Notes: a model not told the origin generated them from the letters alone. A stretch of DNA of 64,000 bases from Microcoleaceae cyanobacterium (GCA_051652765.1 JBOFUV010000034.1:1-64000); one strand, 5' to 3'; shown: positions 49,964-60,569, counted from the first letter of the stretch. A program made the numbers and translations.

Positions 49964-51547
49964 CTACAGGTTCACTGTGTAAGCATCTCGAATACCAGGC
50001 ACTTTTATAATCTCACTTAACAGCCCCTCTGGTAAGGGGTCATCCAGACTGAGTACCATGACCGCCTCTCCCCGCACAATCTTGCGCCCAACTTGCATAC
50101 TGGCAATATTAACGTTGAAACTACCCAACAAAGATCCGATCTTGCCAATAATTCCGGGCATATCTCGATGCAATGTAAACAGCATGTAGGGGCTGGGTGG
50201 CACATTGATTGGGAATCCATCAACATTGGTGACGCGCATCTCGCGATCGCCTAACAGCGCCCCTGTGACCGCATGGCTGCCCAGGGAGCCTTTGACTTCT
50301 AGATGAACCGATCCAGCATAGTCTGTGACCGTTGCATCCCGGGTCTCGATCACATGAATCCCCCGTTCCTTGGCTTCAATGCTGGCATTGACGTAGTTGA
50401 CTCGTTCCCGTAAAGCCTGAGATAACAGACCTTTAAGAGCGGCAACGACGACGGGCTGGCTGTTATTATCAGCCAGTTCTCCCTGGAGTCGGACATTGAG
50501 ATAATCGACCCGTCCCCCAGCCAGTTGGCTTGCTAAGTTGCCGAGGGTTTCTGCGAGTTGTAAGTAAGGCTTGAGTTTCTCCAAGACATCGGGATAGAGT
50601 CCCGGAATATTCACGGCTGAGCGGGCCGGAAGCCCCAGCAAGACATCCCGAATCTGTTCAGCAACATCGATCGCAACATTGACCTGGGCTTCTTCTGTTG
50701 AGGCTCCTAGGTGAGGAGTCAATACAATCTTGCTGCCCAAAGCTCGCAACGGAGAATCCGCCTCTAAAGGTTCATTCTCGTAAACATCCAGAGCGGCTCC
50801 AGCAATTTTTTCCTGCTCCAAAGCTTCAGCCAAGGCAGCTTCATCAATAATGCCACCCCGAGCACAGTTGACTAATCGTGCCGTGGGTTTCATCAGATCA
50901 AAGGCTTTGCTATCAATCAAATGATGGGTCTCCGTCGTTTTCGGCATGTGGAGGGTAATATAGTCTGACTCTTGTAGTAGTAGATCTAACTCCACTAGAC
51001 GACAGCCCAACTGATCAGCTCGCTCTTGAGAAATAAAGGGGTCAAATGCCAAAAGCTTCATGCCAATCGCCTTGGCGGCGGTTGCGACATGGGAGCCAAT
51101 TTTTCCCAAGCCGACAATCCCCAAGGTTTTTTTATAGACTTCTACGCCAATGAAGCTTTTGCGATCCCACTTGCCTTCCTTGACAGATTGGTTGGCATCG
51201 GCAATGTGGCGCGAGATCGCAAACATCATGGCGATCGCATGTTCAGCCGCAGCAATCGTGTTGCCTTCGGGAGAATTCACCACTACAATGCCTTTTCGAG
51301 TTGCGGCTGGAACATCAATATTATCGACTCCAACTCCAGCTCGACCAATGATTTTAAGTTGGTCAGCCGCCTCAACTATTTCCTGGGTCACCCGAGTTCC
51401 AGAACGAATCATCAGGGCATCATAGTCTGCAATGATTTTGACAAGTTCCTCTGGAGGGAGGCCCGTTTTCACATCAACTTGAGCAACCTGAGAGAGGATG
51501 TCAATTCCAACTTGATCGACAGGATCGGAGACAAGAACCTTAGGCAT
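49964..51547 (-). CDS. serA: D-3-phosphoglycerate dehydrogenase
   Basis: GRAGVGVDNID, GLGKIG, TPHLGAST, C-terminal ACT domain. Start taken at MPKVLV. Confidence 0.97.
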   Translation of the reverse strand: MPKVLVSDPVDQVGIDILSQVAQVDVKTGLPPEELVKIIADYDALMIRSGTRVTQEIVEAADQLKIIGRAGVGVDNIDVPAATRKGIVVVNSPEGNTIAAAEHAIAMMFAISRHIADANQSVKEGKWDRKSFIGVEVYKKTLGIVGLGKIGSHVATAAKAIGMKLLAFDPFISQERADQLGCRLVELDLLLQESDYITLHMPKTTETHHLIDSKAFDLMKPTARLVNCARGGIIDEAALAEALEQEKIAGAALDVYENEPLEADSPLRALGSKIVLTPHLGASTEEAQVNVAIDVAEQIRDVLLGLPARSAVNIPGLYPDVLEKLKPYLQLAETLGNLASQLAGGRVDYLNVRLQGELADNNSQPVVVAALKGLLSQALRERVNYVNASIEAKERGIHVIETRDATVTDYAGSVHLEVKGSLGSHAVTGALLGDREMRVTNVDGFPINVPPSPYMLFTLHRDMPGIIGKIGSLLGSFNVNIASMQVGRKIVRGEAVMVLSLDDPLPEGLLSEIIKVPGIRDAYTVNL

Positions 51548-52020
51548 AACTCTACAAACAAATGGCGACAGTGGGGTATAAACTGCTACCCTTCCCGGAA
51601 GAACCGATAACAGGAGGGAATTCAAGCTTCCCCTCAAACTTAGATTATGAACATTCAGTAGGCTATTTTAACGGTTGCAGGGCAGAATCAAGCAGCTTCC
51701 CAATAAAAAATTAACTTTCCCCTGAGGAAACAGAGAAAACAACAGTTCCAGACTAAAACTAGAATTGCAGGGTTCCTCTGCACAGGATTGACTGATTTGG
51801 GCACAAGAGATGTCAAGTGCAGTACATTTAAAAATTTTGGAATCTAAAATTTTAATTCAGAACATTGATTCAATTAGAATATAAAAGTGATGTCTTTCAG
51901 TGCAAGGTTTCATTCCCCTTGTCTCGCTATTTCATTTGTCTGACTTTGGTTGTCTCACTTTTGTAAAATCTCCTGTAAAGTCTTTGTCAAATACTGTTTT
52001 AGCAAATTTTCTTTGTTTCT

Positions 52021-52524
52021 ATGAATTATCTTGTTGCTGTGCTTCCAGATCGGATTCAAGCTGAAGCTGCTTATGTTGCGCTTGAAAAAGCAGGATTACC
52101 GATGAATCAAGTCACAATTTTAGGCAGAGGTTATAAAACGGCAGATGAATTTGGCCTGATTGATCCCAATGAAACTGCTTGGAAACAAGCTCGATTAATG
52201 ACGACTTGGCTCGTTCCTTTTGGCTTTGTAGCCGGGTTTACCTTCAGTCTGGTCACAGGACTAGAGACCTTTTCCTGGGCAGGAGAAATTGGCAATCATG
52301 TTGTTGGGGGAATTTTAGGGGCTGTATCGGGTGCGATGGGAGGATTTTTTGTCGGGGGAGGAACAGGCTTAATTGTTGGCGGCGGTGATGCCTTGCCCTA
52401 TCGCAATCGACTCAAGTCAGGGAAATATTTAGTGGTTGTTCAGGGGGTTGAAAGTCTAATCCGCGAAGCAACCCGAGTTTTGAGGCAATACGAACCCGAA
52501 AATCTACAGGGTTATACAGCTTAA
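52021..52524 (+). CDS. Conserved hypothetical membrane protein (two Gly-rich TM helices)
   Basis: 167 aa; hydrophobic Gly-rich centre; YRNRLKSGKYLVVV. Confidence 0.75.
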   Translation: MNYLVAVLPDRIQAEAAYVALEKAGLPMNQVTILGRGYKTADEFGLIDPNETAWKQARLMTTWLVPFGFVAGFTFSLVTGLETFSWAGEIGNHVVGGILGAVSGAMGGFFVGGGTGLIVGGGDALPYRNRLKSGKYLVVVQGVESLIREATRVLRQYEPENLQGYTA

Positions 52525-52616
52525 GTTTATAGTGCTCAGTCTTGTCTTTGTTCTGTTCTATTTCCCTTGTTTGTCCTCTTTTCCCCTCTAACTTTACCTG
52601 TTACCTAATACCAATA

Positions 52617-53396
52617 ATGTTGCCACGGGAAGAACTGTTGAAAAGTGTTGAAAATCGAGAGCGAATTGCCCAGGTCATTGACCGCGCAGAGCAAGCTTTG
52701 AAAACCTGGGAAACAACTCATACTGATTTTTTATCTCCCCCAGAACTCGCCGAATCTCAAAACATTTTTAGTGCATTGACAGAAGTTCAGCTTGTCGCTT
52801 GGGGAGGGTATAGCCAAGCCGAGCGACAACGACTGGCGATCGCTCGCTCAGAAGTCCCTTTAGACCCTGAGAATGTTGAGCTTGCAGCCTTAGAAATTGC
52901 TGGAAATTTTTTGTTTGACACAGCCAATCACCGCGACTTTTTGGGCGCAATGTTGGGCACTGGAATTGTGCGAGAAAAAACAGGAGATGTTCTGGTTGTA
53001 GGGGAACGGGGAGCCCAAGTCATTGTGGTTCCTGAACTAGCTGAATTTCTCGAAATGAATCTGACTCAAGTTCGCTCCGTTCCAGTAAAGACGAGGCGGG
53101 TTGACTGGAATGAATTGAAAATTCGAGAACCCAAAAAGAAAGAAATGACGACTGTGGAAGCCTCTTTACGACTCGATGCAGTTGCTTCTGCTGGGTTTGG
53201 CATGTCTCGCAGCAAGATGGTCAGTTTTATTGATTCAGGAGATGTGCGAGTCAATTGGAAAGAAATTACCCAGGCTAGCTATTTGATAAAATCTGGAGAT
53301 TTAATCGCGATTCGAGGCAAAGGACGGCTAGAAATTGGGGAAGTTGCTGTTACCAAAAAACAGCGGTATCGTGTTGATTTGATCCGCTATCAATAG
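52617..53396 (+). CDS. Photosystem II S4-domain protein (YlmH/Sll1252-like)
   Basis: MLPREELL start, HRDFLGA, SLRLDAVASAGF S4 domain. Confidence 0.9.
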   Translation: MLPREELLKSVENRERIAQVIDRAEQALKTWETTHTDFLSPPELAESQNIFSALTEVQLVAWGGYSQAERQRLAIARSEVPLDPENVELAALEIAGNFLFDTANHRDFLGAMLGTGIVREKTGDVLVVGERGAQVIVVPELAEFLEMNLTQVRSVPVKTRRVDWNELKIREPKKKEMTTVEASLRLDAVASAGFGMSRSKMVSFIDSGDVRVNWKEITQASYLIKSGDLIAIRGKGRLEIGEVAVTKKQRYRVDLIRYQ

Positions 53397-53553
53397 CAGA
53401 AGGCCAACCCTAGAATCCCAATGTTGGCGACTTGATTGATGACGGTATTCCAGACTACGATAATATTCCATCCTGATATCAAGATATGTCAAAAATTCAA
53501 GGCATAAATGCTGAGTTAAAAGCTCGGATGTTGCAGTCAAAACAGGTTTAGGG

Positions 53554-54807
53554 ATGATGACCTCTGCTCACCCTCGTTCTGGCTATACCCTTCCCGTTTT
53601 TGCCTGTGCTGCCGCAGTAGCAGCCCTCCGTCATTTGCAAACAGATGATCAGGCTACTAATCAAGGCTTCAGTACAGTTTCAATTGACCTGGTCAATCCA
53701 TCTGAAATGACTGAAATTCCGATTGAGCAAGTTGCAAGACTGAGATCCGGGGCAGCCTTGGCGATCGCCCGATCTGATCCAGGAGATAACCTGGATTTAA
53801 CCCGCAATACTCCCATTTGGGCCATGGTGGAATGGGTTCATGAGCAGCAAAGTTCACCATCCTCAGAAAATCCACCCGAACAAATCGTTTTGATTGGTGG
53901 GGAAGGAATCGGATACAATCGCGAGACTGAGGCAGCAGCAATTTACAGCTATGCACGGCAATTATTTCATCGAAATTTAGTCCCATTTCTGACTCCTAAA
54001 GATCACATTCAAGTCACGATCATTCTGCCGGAGGGTCGGCACCTGGCTCAGCGAACGTCCAATGAAGCGTTTGGAATTGTTGAGGGCCTATCATTGCTAG
54101 GAACAACCGGGATCTCTCAGCCCTTAAGTGTTCCGGGACAGTTGGAATTGTATCAAGCAGAACTGCAAAAGAAAGCCCAGGAATTCAATTGCCTCGTATT
54201 CTGCCTGGGAGAAAACGGCTTAGATCTCGCTCAGAATTTAGGAATTCCCCCGGAACAAACCCTCAAAACAGCGAACTGGTTAGGGCCAATGTTGGTGGCA
54301 GCAGCATTGGCTGGGGTTCAGTCGATTTTGTTGTTTGGCTATCATGGCAAGTTGATCAAGCTAGCAGGAGGAATCTTTCATACCCATCATCATTTGGCGG
54401 ATGGACGCTTGGAGATTCTGACAGCTCATTGTGCAAATTTAGGACTATCAACAGAACATTTACAAAGCGTTTTTAACTGTAAAACAGCAGAATCAGCCTT
54501 GAATTATTTGCGGACTTTAGATGTTGATCAACCGGTAAAATATTCCCCTCAAATTTCAGAAGCTACTGCAGGAGTTGTACCCAAACTAACAGGAGATGAT
54601 CAACTGAATTGGGGAAGTCGGGTCTACGACGCGATCGCTATAACCATTGACAAGCGGGCAACAGCTTACATTTGGAACAATGCCCAGCGTCAAGTCATCG
54701 TGGGGTCAGTCCTCTTTGACCGAAATCGTCAAATCCTCACTAAAAGTGCAATTGGTGATACACTTCTCGCAAAAATTTGCTATCCTAGTCGAAATAATCT
54801 TTTCTAG
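53554..54807 (+). CDS. cbiD: Cobalt-precorrin-5B C1-methyltransferase
   Basis: SGYTLPVFA, SDPGDNLDLT, RTSNEAFGIVEGLSLLGT, GYHGKLIKLAGGIFHTH. Confidence 0.95.
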   Translation: MMTSAHPRSGYTLPVFACAAAVAALRHLQTDDQATNQGFSTVSIDLVNPSEMTEIPIEQVARLRSGAALAIARSDPGDNLDLTRNTPIWAMVEWVHEQQSSPSSENPPEQIVLIGGEGIGYNRETEAAAIYSYARQLFHRNLVPFLTPKDHIQVTIILPEGRHLAQRTSNEAFGIVEGLSLLGTTGISQPLSVPGQLELYQAELQKKAQEFNCLVFCLGENGLDLAQNLGIPPEQTLKTANWLGPMLVAAALAGVQSILLFGYHGKLIKLAGGIFHTHHHLADGRLEILTAHCANLGLSTEHLQSVFNCKTAESALNYLRTLDVDQPVKYSPQISEATAGVVPKLTGDDQLNWGSRVYDAIAITIDKRATAYIWNNAQRQVIVGSVLFDRNRQILTKSAIGDTLLAKICYPSRNNLF

Positions 54808-55037
54808 CTACGGAGATCGGAGCCACTGGTTGCAGGGCATTGAGTATCTTAACTCAAGAAAAATGACCAGTGGTTAATCTTTAAGAATCTTCCGTCATCT
54901 TATTTGATCTGCATTCTGAGGAATGTCAATATTGCTCTCCCTGCTGGTTAGATTTGATCGCTGGCAATAGAGGGAGCAAGATTTTACCAATTCAGTTGAG
55001 CGGATCGTAGTCTACACGCTAATCTCTAATCTTTAAT

Positions 55038-56657
55038 ATGGCTCCCCAAACTGAAACCTTGAATCAAGCCGAACCTGTTCAATCTCAGATTGGAGAGGTG
55101 AACCGCCAAATGATTGCCATCTTAGATTTTGGTTCTCAATACTCGGAGCTAATTGCCCGCCGAGTCCGTGAGACAGAAGTCTACTCAGAGGTCATTTCCT
55201 ATCGGACGAGTATTGAACAGTTGACTGCACTCAACCCTAAGGGAATTATATTATCAGGCGGCCCGAGTTCTGTCTATGACACGAGGGCACCTCAATGTGA
55301 TTCTGAGATCTGGAGTCTGGGTATTCCTGTCCTAGGCGTTTGCTATGGAATGCAACTGATGGTTCAGCAGCTTGGGGGTCAAGTTGAACGAGCCCAGCGG
55401 GCAGAATATGGGAAAGCTGCTTTACAAATTGATGATTCTACAGACCTCCTGACCAATATTGAAGATGGCTCAACCATGTGGATGAGTCACGCTGATGCTT
55501 GTGTCCAATTGCCCGAAGGATTTGAAGTCTTAGCCCATACTGAGAATACTCCCTGCGCCGCGATCGCCGACCATCAACGGAAGTTTTATGGGGTTCAGTT
55601 TCATCCAGAAGTCGTCCATTCGGTTGGGGGCATGGCCCTGCTCCGCAACTTTGTCTATCATATTTGTCACTGTCAGCCCACCTGGACAACAGCAGCCTTT
55701 GTGGAAGAGGCGATTCGAGAAGTTCGAGCCAAGGTGGGAGACAAGCGAGTCTTGTTGGCCCTTTCTGGTGGCGTTGACTCCTCAACCCTAGCATTCTTGA
55801 TGCATCGAGCGATTGGGGACAACCTTACCTGTATGTTTATTGACCAGGGATTCATGCGAAAGCAAGAACCCGAACGGCTTGTCAAGCTCTTTGAGGAACA
55901 GTTTCATATTCCAGTGAAATATGTCAATGCCCGCGATCGCTTCCTAGCCAGACTAATCGGCGTGAGTGATCCAGAGCAAAAGCGCAAAATTATTGGCCAT
56001 GAGTTCATTCAGGTGTTTGAGGAAGAGTCCAGTCGTCTTGGCCCCTTTGATTACCTGGCCCAAGGAACCCTCTATCCTGATGTGATTGAGTCTGCCGATA
56101 CCAATGTCGATCCCCAAACCGGGGAACGGGTTGCGGTGAAGATTAAGAGCCATCACAATGTTGGGGGATTGCCCAAAGACCTCCGGTTCAAGCTAGTTGA
56201 GCCCCTGCGAAAATTATTTAAAGATGAAGTTCGTAAAGTTGGGCGATCCATTGGCTTGCCAGAGGAAATTGTCCAGCGTCATCCCTTCCCTGGCCCCGGC
56301 TTGGCTATTCGCATCGTTGGAGAGATTACACCTGAGCGGCTCCACATTCTGCGAGAGGCAGACTTTGTCGTTCGCCAAGAAATCAACCGATGGGGCATCT
56401 ATCTCGATCTTTGGCAGGCTTTTGCTGTGCTGCTGCCGGTTCGCAGTGTGGGGGTGATGGGCGACCAACGAACCTATGCTCATCCGATTGTTCTCCGGTT
56501 AGTTTCTAGTGAAGACGGGATGACCGCAGATTGGGCCCGAGTTCCCTATGATCTCCTTGAGGTCATCTCTAATCGCATTGTCAATGAGGTTGAAGGGGTG
56601 AACAGGGTGGTGTACGATATCACCTCCAAGCCCCCCGGAACAATCGAGTGGGAGTAA
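55038..56657 (+). CDS. guaA: GMP synthase (glutamine-hydrolysing)
   Basis: [30 protein letters not shown]. Confidence 0.98.
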   Translation: MAPQTETLNQAEPVQSQIGEVNRQMIAILDFGSQYSELIARRVRETEVYSEVISYRTSIEQLTALNPKGIILSGGPSSVYDTRAPQCDSEIWSLGIPVLGVCYGMQLMVQQLGGQVERAQRAEYGKAALQIDDSTDLLTNIEDGSTMWMSHADACVQLPEGFEVLAHTENTPCAAIADHQRKFYGVQFHPEVVHSVGGMALLRNFVYHICHCQPTWTTAAFVEEAIREVRAKVGDKRVLLALSGGVDSSTLAFLMHRAIGDNLTCMFIDQGFMRKQEPERLVKLFEEQFHIPVKYVNARDRFLARLIGVSDPEQKRKIIGHEFIQVFEEESSRLGPFDYLAQGTLYPDVIESADTNVDPQTGERVAVKIKSHHNVGGLPKDLRFKLVEPLRKLFKDEVRKVGRSIGLPEEIVQRHPFPGPGLAIRIVGEITPERLHILREADFVVRQEINRWGIYLDLWQAFAVLLPVRSVGVMGDQRTYAHPIVLRLVSSEDGMTADWARVPYDLLEVISNRIVNEVEGVNRVVYDITSKPPGTIEWE

Positions 56658-56680
56658 CGCTTTAGATTAAAATCAGTAGC

Positions 56681-56703
56681 AATGCGGGCATCTTGCTCGC
56701 ATT
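56681..56703. repeat. Palindromic dispersed-repeat core / hairpin after guaA
   Basis: AATGCGGGCA-TCT-TGCTCGCATT; related to the cores at 4891, 37094 and 40274. Confidence 0.6.
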
Positions 56704-56878
56704 CTGGTAAGACTTGAACGTTAAGAAAAGCCAGCCAAAAAGTTAAAAAAGCTTTATTCTTGTGGAAAACCCTGGGGTAACTTGTGGAAAACTTTAGATC
56801 GAGTTGGGGAAATTACTCATTCCAGACCCGAATCGGCTTTGGTTTAATAACTTGGTTTAATCATTTAATTAAATTCAT

Positions 56879-57232
56879 ATGGATTATAAAACCGCACATA
56901 ATCTCATTCTAGAGCAGGGAACTGCTCTAGATACCCTAAGGCATCCAGATGCGTTTCTGTATCGCCTCCAAAAAGGCCAGCCCCCGATTCCGGGGCAAGT
57001 CACTGCTATTTTACTGGCCCTAAAAATTCTGTTTGACACTCTTAAAGAAGAAGCAAAATTTGACAGAGAACTGACGCTTGCACTCTATCAACTTGCCATG
57101 GAAGGCGATCGCCAGTTTATGCTAGGTCGCGATCGCGGAGTTGAATGGCCTCCTCTCCTGCGGGAAGACCTGAATCGAGTTGCCCTAGCCGTTAAAAGCA
57201 TTTTCTCTGGCCACTGGCAAGATGTGAATTAA
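56879..57232 (+). CDS. Conserved cyanobacterial hypothetical protein
   Basis: 117 aa; PPIPGQVT and WPPLL.EDL motifs. Confidence 0.75.
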   Translation: MDYKTAHNLILEQGTALDTLRHPDAFLYRLQKGQPPIPGQVTAILLALKILFDTLKEEAKFDRELTLALYQLAMEGDRQFMLGRDRGVEWPPLLREDLNRVALAVKSIFSGHWQDVN

Positions 57233-57333
57233 CGAGTAGCTCAGTTGATTGAGCAGCGGCTGACAAGCTTTGTGACGACTTCAACCTATTGCGTTAGACC
57301 AGTCCGGTCTAACAAAATTGTTCTACTGCAGTT

Positions 57334-57966
57334 CTACTCACAACTGATCAGAGCTTCAATATCTGCCGAGACGATCTTCTCCAAATTACGGGTAATCTTT
57401 CTGATCTCCCAATTCCACCAAGCGATTTCAAGTAATGATCGAATTACCTCATCATCAAATCGCTGACGAATACACTTGGCTGGGTTGCCTCCAAAAATTG
57501 TATAGGGTGGAACATCGCTCACCAATACTGATTTTGCTGCAATGATTGCTCCATCTCCCACCTTCACCCCTGGCATGATCACTGTTTCATAGCCAATCCA
57601 CACATCGTTCCCGATTACTGTATTGCCTTTGTATGGTAGCTCTTCAGGTCGAGGATCAACTTTTCCCCAGCCGTTACCGAAGATTTGAAACGGATATGTC
57701 GAAAACCCATCTAACTTGTGATTTGCACCGTTCATAATGAATCTTGTGCCTCTCGCCAGAGCGCAAAATTTCCCAATAATTAGCTGATCGCCGATGAAGG
57801 GAAAGTGGTACAGGACATTGCGCTCAAAGTCTTCTGAGTTTTCTGGATCGTCATAGTAGGTGTAATCTCCAATAGTAATATTGGGATTCAAAACAGTGTT
57901 CTGAATGAAGCAGATTTGCGGAAATCCCGCCATCGGATGCTTATCTTTGGGATCGGCTCCGTACAA
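57334..57966 (-). CDS. Vat/CatB-family (xenobiotic) O-acetyltransferase
   Basis: IGDYTYYDD, IGKFCALA, GANH...STYPF, IGNDVWIG, WWNW; TTG start. Confidence 0.9.
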   Translation of the reverse strand: MYGADPKDKHPMAGFPQICFIQNTVLNPNITIGDYTYYDDPENSEDFERNVLYHFPFIGDQLIIGKFCALARGTRFIMNGANHKLDGFSTYPFQIFGNGWGKVDPRPEELPYKGNTVIGNDVWIGYETVIMPGVKVGDGAIIAAKSVLVSDVPPYTIFGGNPAKCIRQRFDDEVIRSLLEIAWWNWEIRKITRNLEKIVSADIEALISCE

Positions 57967-58082
57967 AATAATCTCCAGCTTCTAGAAATACCTCATTTCT
58001 GCATCCTAGCCAACCATCCCAACCGACTGCCTTAATCTGTAATCTAAGCATTAGAACTCAATCGACCACAAGAACAAGCAAA

Positions 58083-58466
58083 CTATTGGAGATAGAGGCT
58101 GATATCCTCACCGCACTCGTCAGCAAGGTAACACAACGCCCGAAATCGCAGATTCATCAGCTCTTCATACAGAGGATTCAGTTTGCAAAGGGGGGGAATC
58201 CGCAGCAAAACTTGTTGACGGAATTGGATCACCCTTGCAAAGGGGCACTGAGCTGGAACAAGCTGACAAATAAGCCTTGCCGTTTGAGGATTGTTGGTCT
58301 GAATCTGATCGAGCCACTGTCTCAACGGGCGAAGTGGAGTCAGTCGGAACTTGAACTCACGAGAGAAAAATTCTTTCGCAGTTCGGACTGGATTTAGTTT
58401 CAACTCAAGGGGTCGCGCCCAGCTAGCAAGAACAAGATGGGGGATGATATAATATGACATACTCAT
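58083..58466 (-). CDS. 'Mo-dependent nitrogenase C-terminal' domain protein (function unknown)
   Basis: PAQCPFAR, IPPLCKLNPLYEEL, LRFRALCYLADECGED; GGAG RBS before ATG 58466. Confidence 0.85.
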   Translation of the reverse strand: MSMSYYIIPHLVLASWARPLELKLNPVRTAKEFFSREFKFRLTPLRPLRQWLDQIQTNNPQTARLICQLVPAQCPFARVIQFRQQVLLRIPPLCKLNPLYEELMNLRFRALCYLADECGEDISLYLQ

Positions 58467-58561
58467 TTTTAAGACTCCATACTGACATGCAATAGAAGGC
58501 ATCCTAGTCTATTGATAGGCTTTGTCACGTTCTGTTATGCCTGTCAGAACACAAGATGAAT

Positions 58562-58645
58562 GTGTGGGCAGGAATGTTCCAGGTTGGGAGAATAACCTCC
58601 TCTAAAGAATGGGCCGGAGTGTTTCCTCAACTGCAACTACAACTT
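58562..58645 (-). ncRNA. Yfr2-like RNA motif (boundaries approximate)
   Basis: Minus strand reads GTTGCAGTTGAGGAAACACTCC...CCTGGAACA; the repeated GGAAACA motif is the Yfr2 hallmark, but the second copy here is imperfect. Confidence 0.45.
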
Positions 58646-58856
58646 TCCCCTTGACTATTGTGCCCCATTATTCAAAAAATATTACAAAGATTGAATTACA
58701 AGTATAAATATTACCTATGATCCCCATCAGGTAATCTTATGAATTGAGCCTAAGAATTCAGTTGACTGGTGGATAACTTTCAATTGACCCTTGCCTGACT
58801 TGTGCTGGAATCCCGCTAGAATAAGGGTATCTGAAGTTTATTGCTAAAGGTCGTTC

Positions 58857-60548
58857 ATGCCTGAAAACGCATCTTCTCTAAATTTTGCCGTTGATTCCTC
58901 AGCTAGTCCAGCCCCAACTTTAGTGACTGTAAGTGGCCCATTTAGTTTGTTCAGGGCCATGCCAGAATACAATCGCGCTAATCGCCTGTATGAAGTGGGT
59001 CGATATGATGCTGCATTCTTGCACTATGATCATGCAGTCCAGTTTAAGTCGGATTGGTTCTCGGCTTGGCTACGTCGAGGGAATAGCCTGCGGAAACTCC
59101 AACGCGACAAGGAAGCCCTAGCCTCCTACGATCGAGCCATCAAGCTAAAACCAACGAATTACTGGGGCTGGACGTTCCGAGGGATTGTCCTCTCCAAACT
59201 AGACCGCTACGAAGAGGCGATCGCCTCCTTTGACAAAGCCATTAAGATTCACCCCGAGAACTTTGAAGCCTGGTACGAGCGGGGACTGGCTCTAGAAGCT
59301 TCCCTACAATTTGAGGCAGCAGCGGCCTCCTACAAGCGAGCGATTGAAATTAAACCCGATGCCTCGTCGGCGTGGTATCACCAAGGCAATGCCCTGATGA
59401 ACGAGGAACGTTATTCTGACGCTGTAGAAGCTTATAACCGGGCAGTTCAGCTTCAGCCCACCAATTATGAAGCTTGGTTTAATTTGGGTGAAATGCTGAT
59501 GAATCAGTACCGCTACCCTGAAGCATTGGGAGTGTATGACCGCGCCATTCAGCTTCAACCGAAGAGCTATCAAGCTTGCTTCAATCGAGGCATCGTCCTG
59601 CAAAAATTACATCGCTACTCGGAGGCCGTAGCCTCCTACGATCAGGTGATTCAGCTTCAGCCCCAGGATTATGAAGCCTGGTTTTATAAAGGGATGGCTT
59701 TAAAGCCTCAATGGCCAGATGCAGCCCTAAAAGCGGTTGATCAGGCATTGCAGATCAATCCAGATTCTCCTGCGGTGTGGATCAGCCGGGGGCAGGTTCT
59801 GACGGACTTAAAAGAGTATCACTCGGCGATCGCGGCCTTTGACAAGGCGACTCAACTCAACGCCAACTTTCCAGAAGCTTGGTTTGGGCGAGGAATGGCC
59901 CTGTATGCCCTGGGGCAATACACAGACGCAATTATTGCCTATGACAATGCCCTCCAAACTCAGCCTGATTTTCTGGATGCTTGGATTCATCGCGGCGAAA
60001 CCTTAGAAAAACTAAATCGCTATGTAGAAGCAGTCACCGCTTATGACAAAGTCCTGTTGTTAACTGCGGCCAATCCAACAGCAGCCGCCAAAGTGGGGTT
60101 GCAGCGGGGTCAGGCCCTAGAGAAGTTAGAGCGGTATCAAGAGGCGATCGTAGCCTATCGGCGGGTGGTTCAGGCTCGTCCCGATCACTTTGAGGGTTGG
60201 ATGCAGCTCGGACAGGTTCTAGAAAAGGTGGAGCAGTATGCGAGTGCCTTTGATGCCTATCAACAGGCTCGAAACCTATGGTCAGACAACCTGCAAGTCG
60301 GCTTGAAGTGTGGTCAAATGCTGGAAAAAGCGCAACGATACCCTGAGGCGATCAAACTCTATGACAGTATTATTCAGCAACATCCTGGCTGTTGGGAAGC
60401 ATGGATACAGCGGGGGCAAACTTTCGAGAAGTTGAGTTGTCATCAAGAAGCCCTGAGTTCCTATGGGGTTGCTTTGGAGTTACAGCCCAAGTCTAAGGAG
60501 GTCATTGCCCATCGCAATCGTTTGATGATGAAGTTGGGTAATGTTTAG
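58857..60548 (+). CDS. Tetratricopeptide repeat protein
   Basis: About 15 tandem 34-aa TPRs (AWxxRG..L..L.RY.EA..SYD.A); no enzymatic domain seen. Confidence 0.92.
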   Translation: MPENASSLNFAVDSSASPAPTLVTVSGPFSLFRAMPEYNRANRLYEVGRYDAAFLHYDHAVQFKSDWFSAWLRRGNSLRKLQRDKEALASYDRAIKLKPTNYWGWTFRGIVLSKLDRYEEAIASFDKAIKIHPENFEAWYERGLALEASLQFEAAAASYKRAIEIKPDASSAWYHQGNALMNEERYSDAVEAYNRAVQLQPTNYEAWFNLGEMLMNQYRYPEALGVYDRAIQLQPKSYQACFNRGIVLQKLHRYSEAVASYDQVIQLQPQDYEAWFYKGMALKPQWPDAALKAVDQALQINPDSPAVWISRGQVLTDLKEYHSAIAAFDKATQLNANFPEAWFGRGMALYALGQYTDAIIAYDNALQTQPDFLDAWIHRGETLEKLNRYVEAVTAYDKVLLLTAANPTAAAKVGLQRGQALEKLERYQEAIVAYRRVVQARPDHFEGWMQLGQVLEKVEQYASAFDAYQQARNLWSDNLQVGLKCGQMLEKAQRYPEAIKLYDSIIQQHPGCWEAWIQRGQTFEKLSCHQEALSSYGVALELQPKSKEVIAHRNRLMMKLGNV

Positions 60549-60569
60549 TCCTTGAAGGTTGTTTAGCTC

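Noticed and set aside
51026..51610. 194-aa plus ORF
   Set aside because: Antisense shadow of serA
53397..53553. Cobalamin riboswitch upstream of cbiD (or cobB)
   Set aside because: Spacers are short and no B12-box or conserved core was seen
57236..57300. tRNA-like start TAGCTCAGTTGATTGAGC with a GAC triplet
   Set aside because: No paired anticodon stem, no TTC T-arm and no acceptor stem
58083..58466. Evidence for nitrogen fixation
   Set aside because: The domain name is historical; no nif genes are in the window
58702..58714. NtcA-like site GTATAAATATTAC
   Set aside because: Spacer is 7 bp rather than the canonical 8
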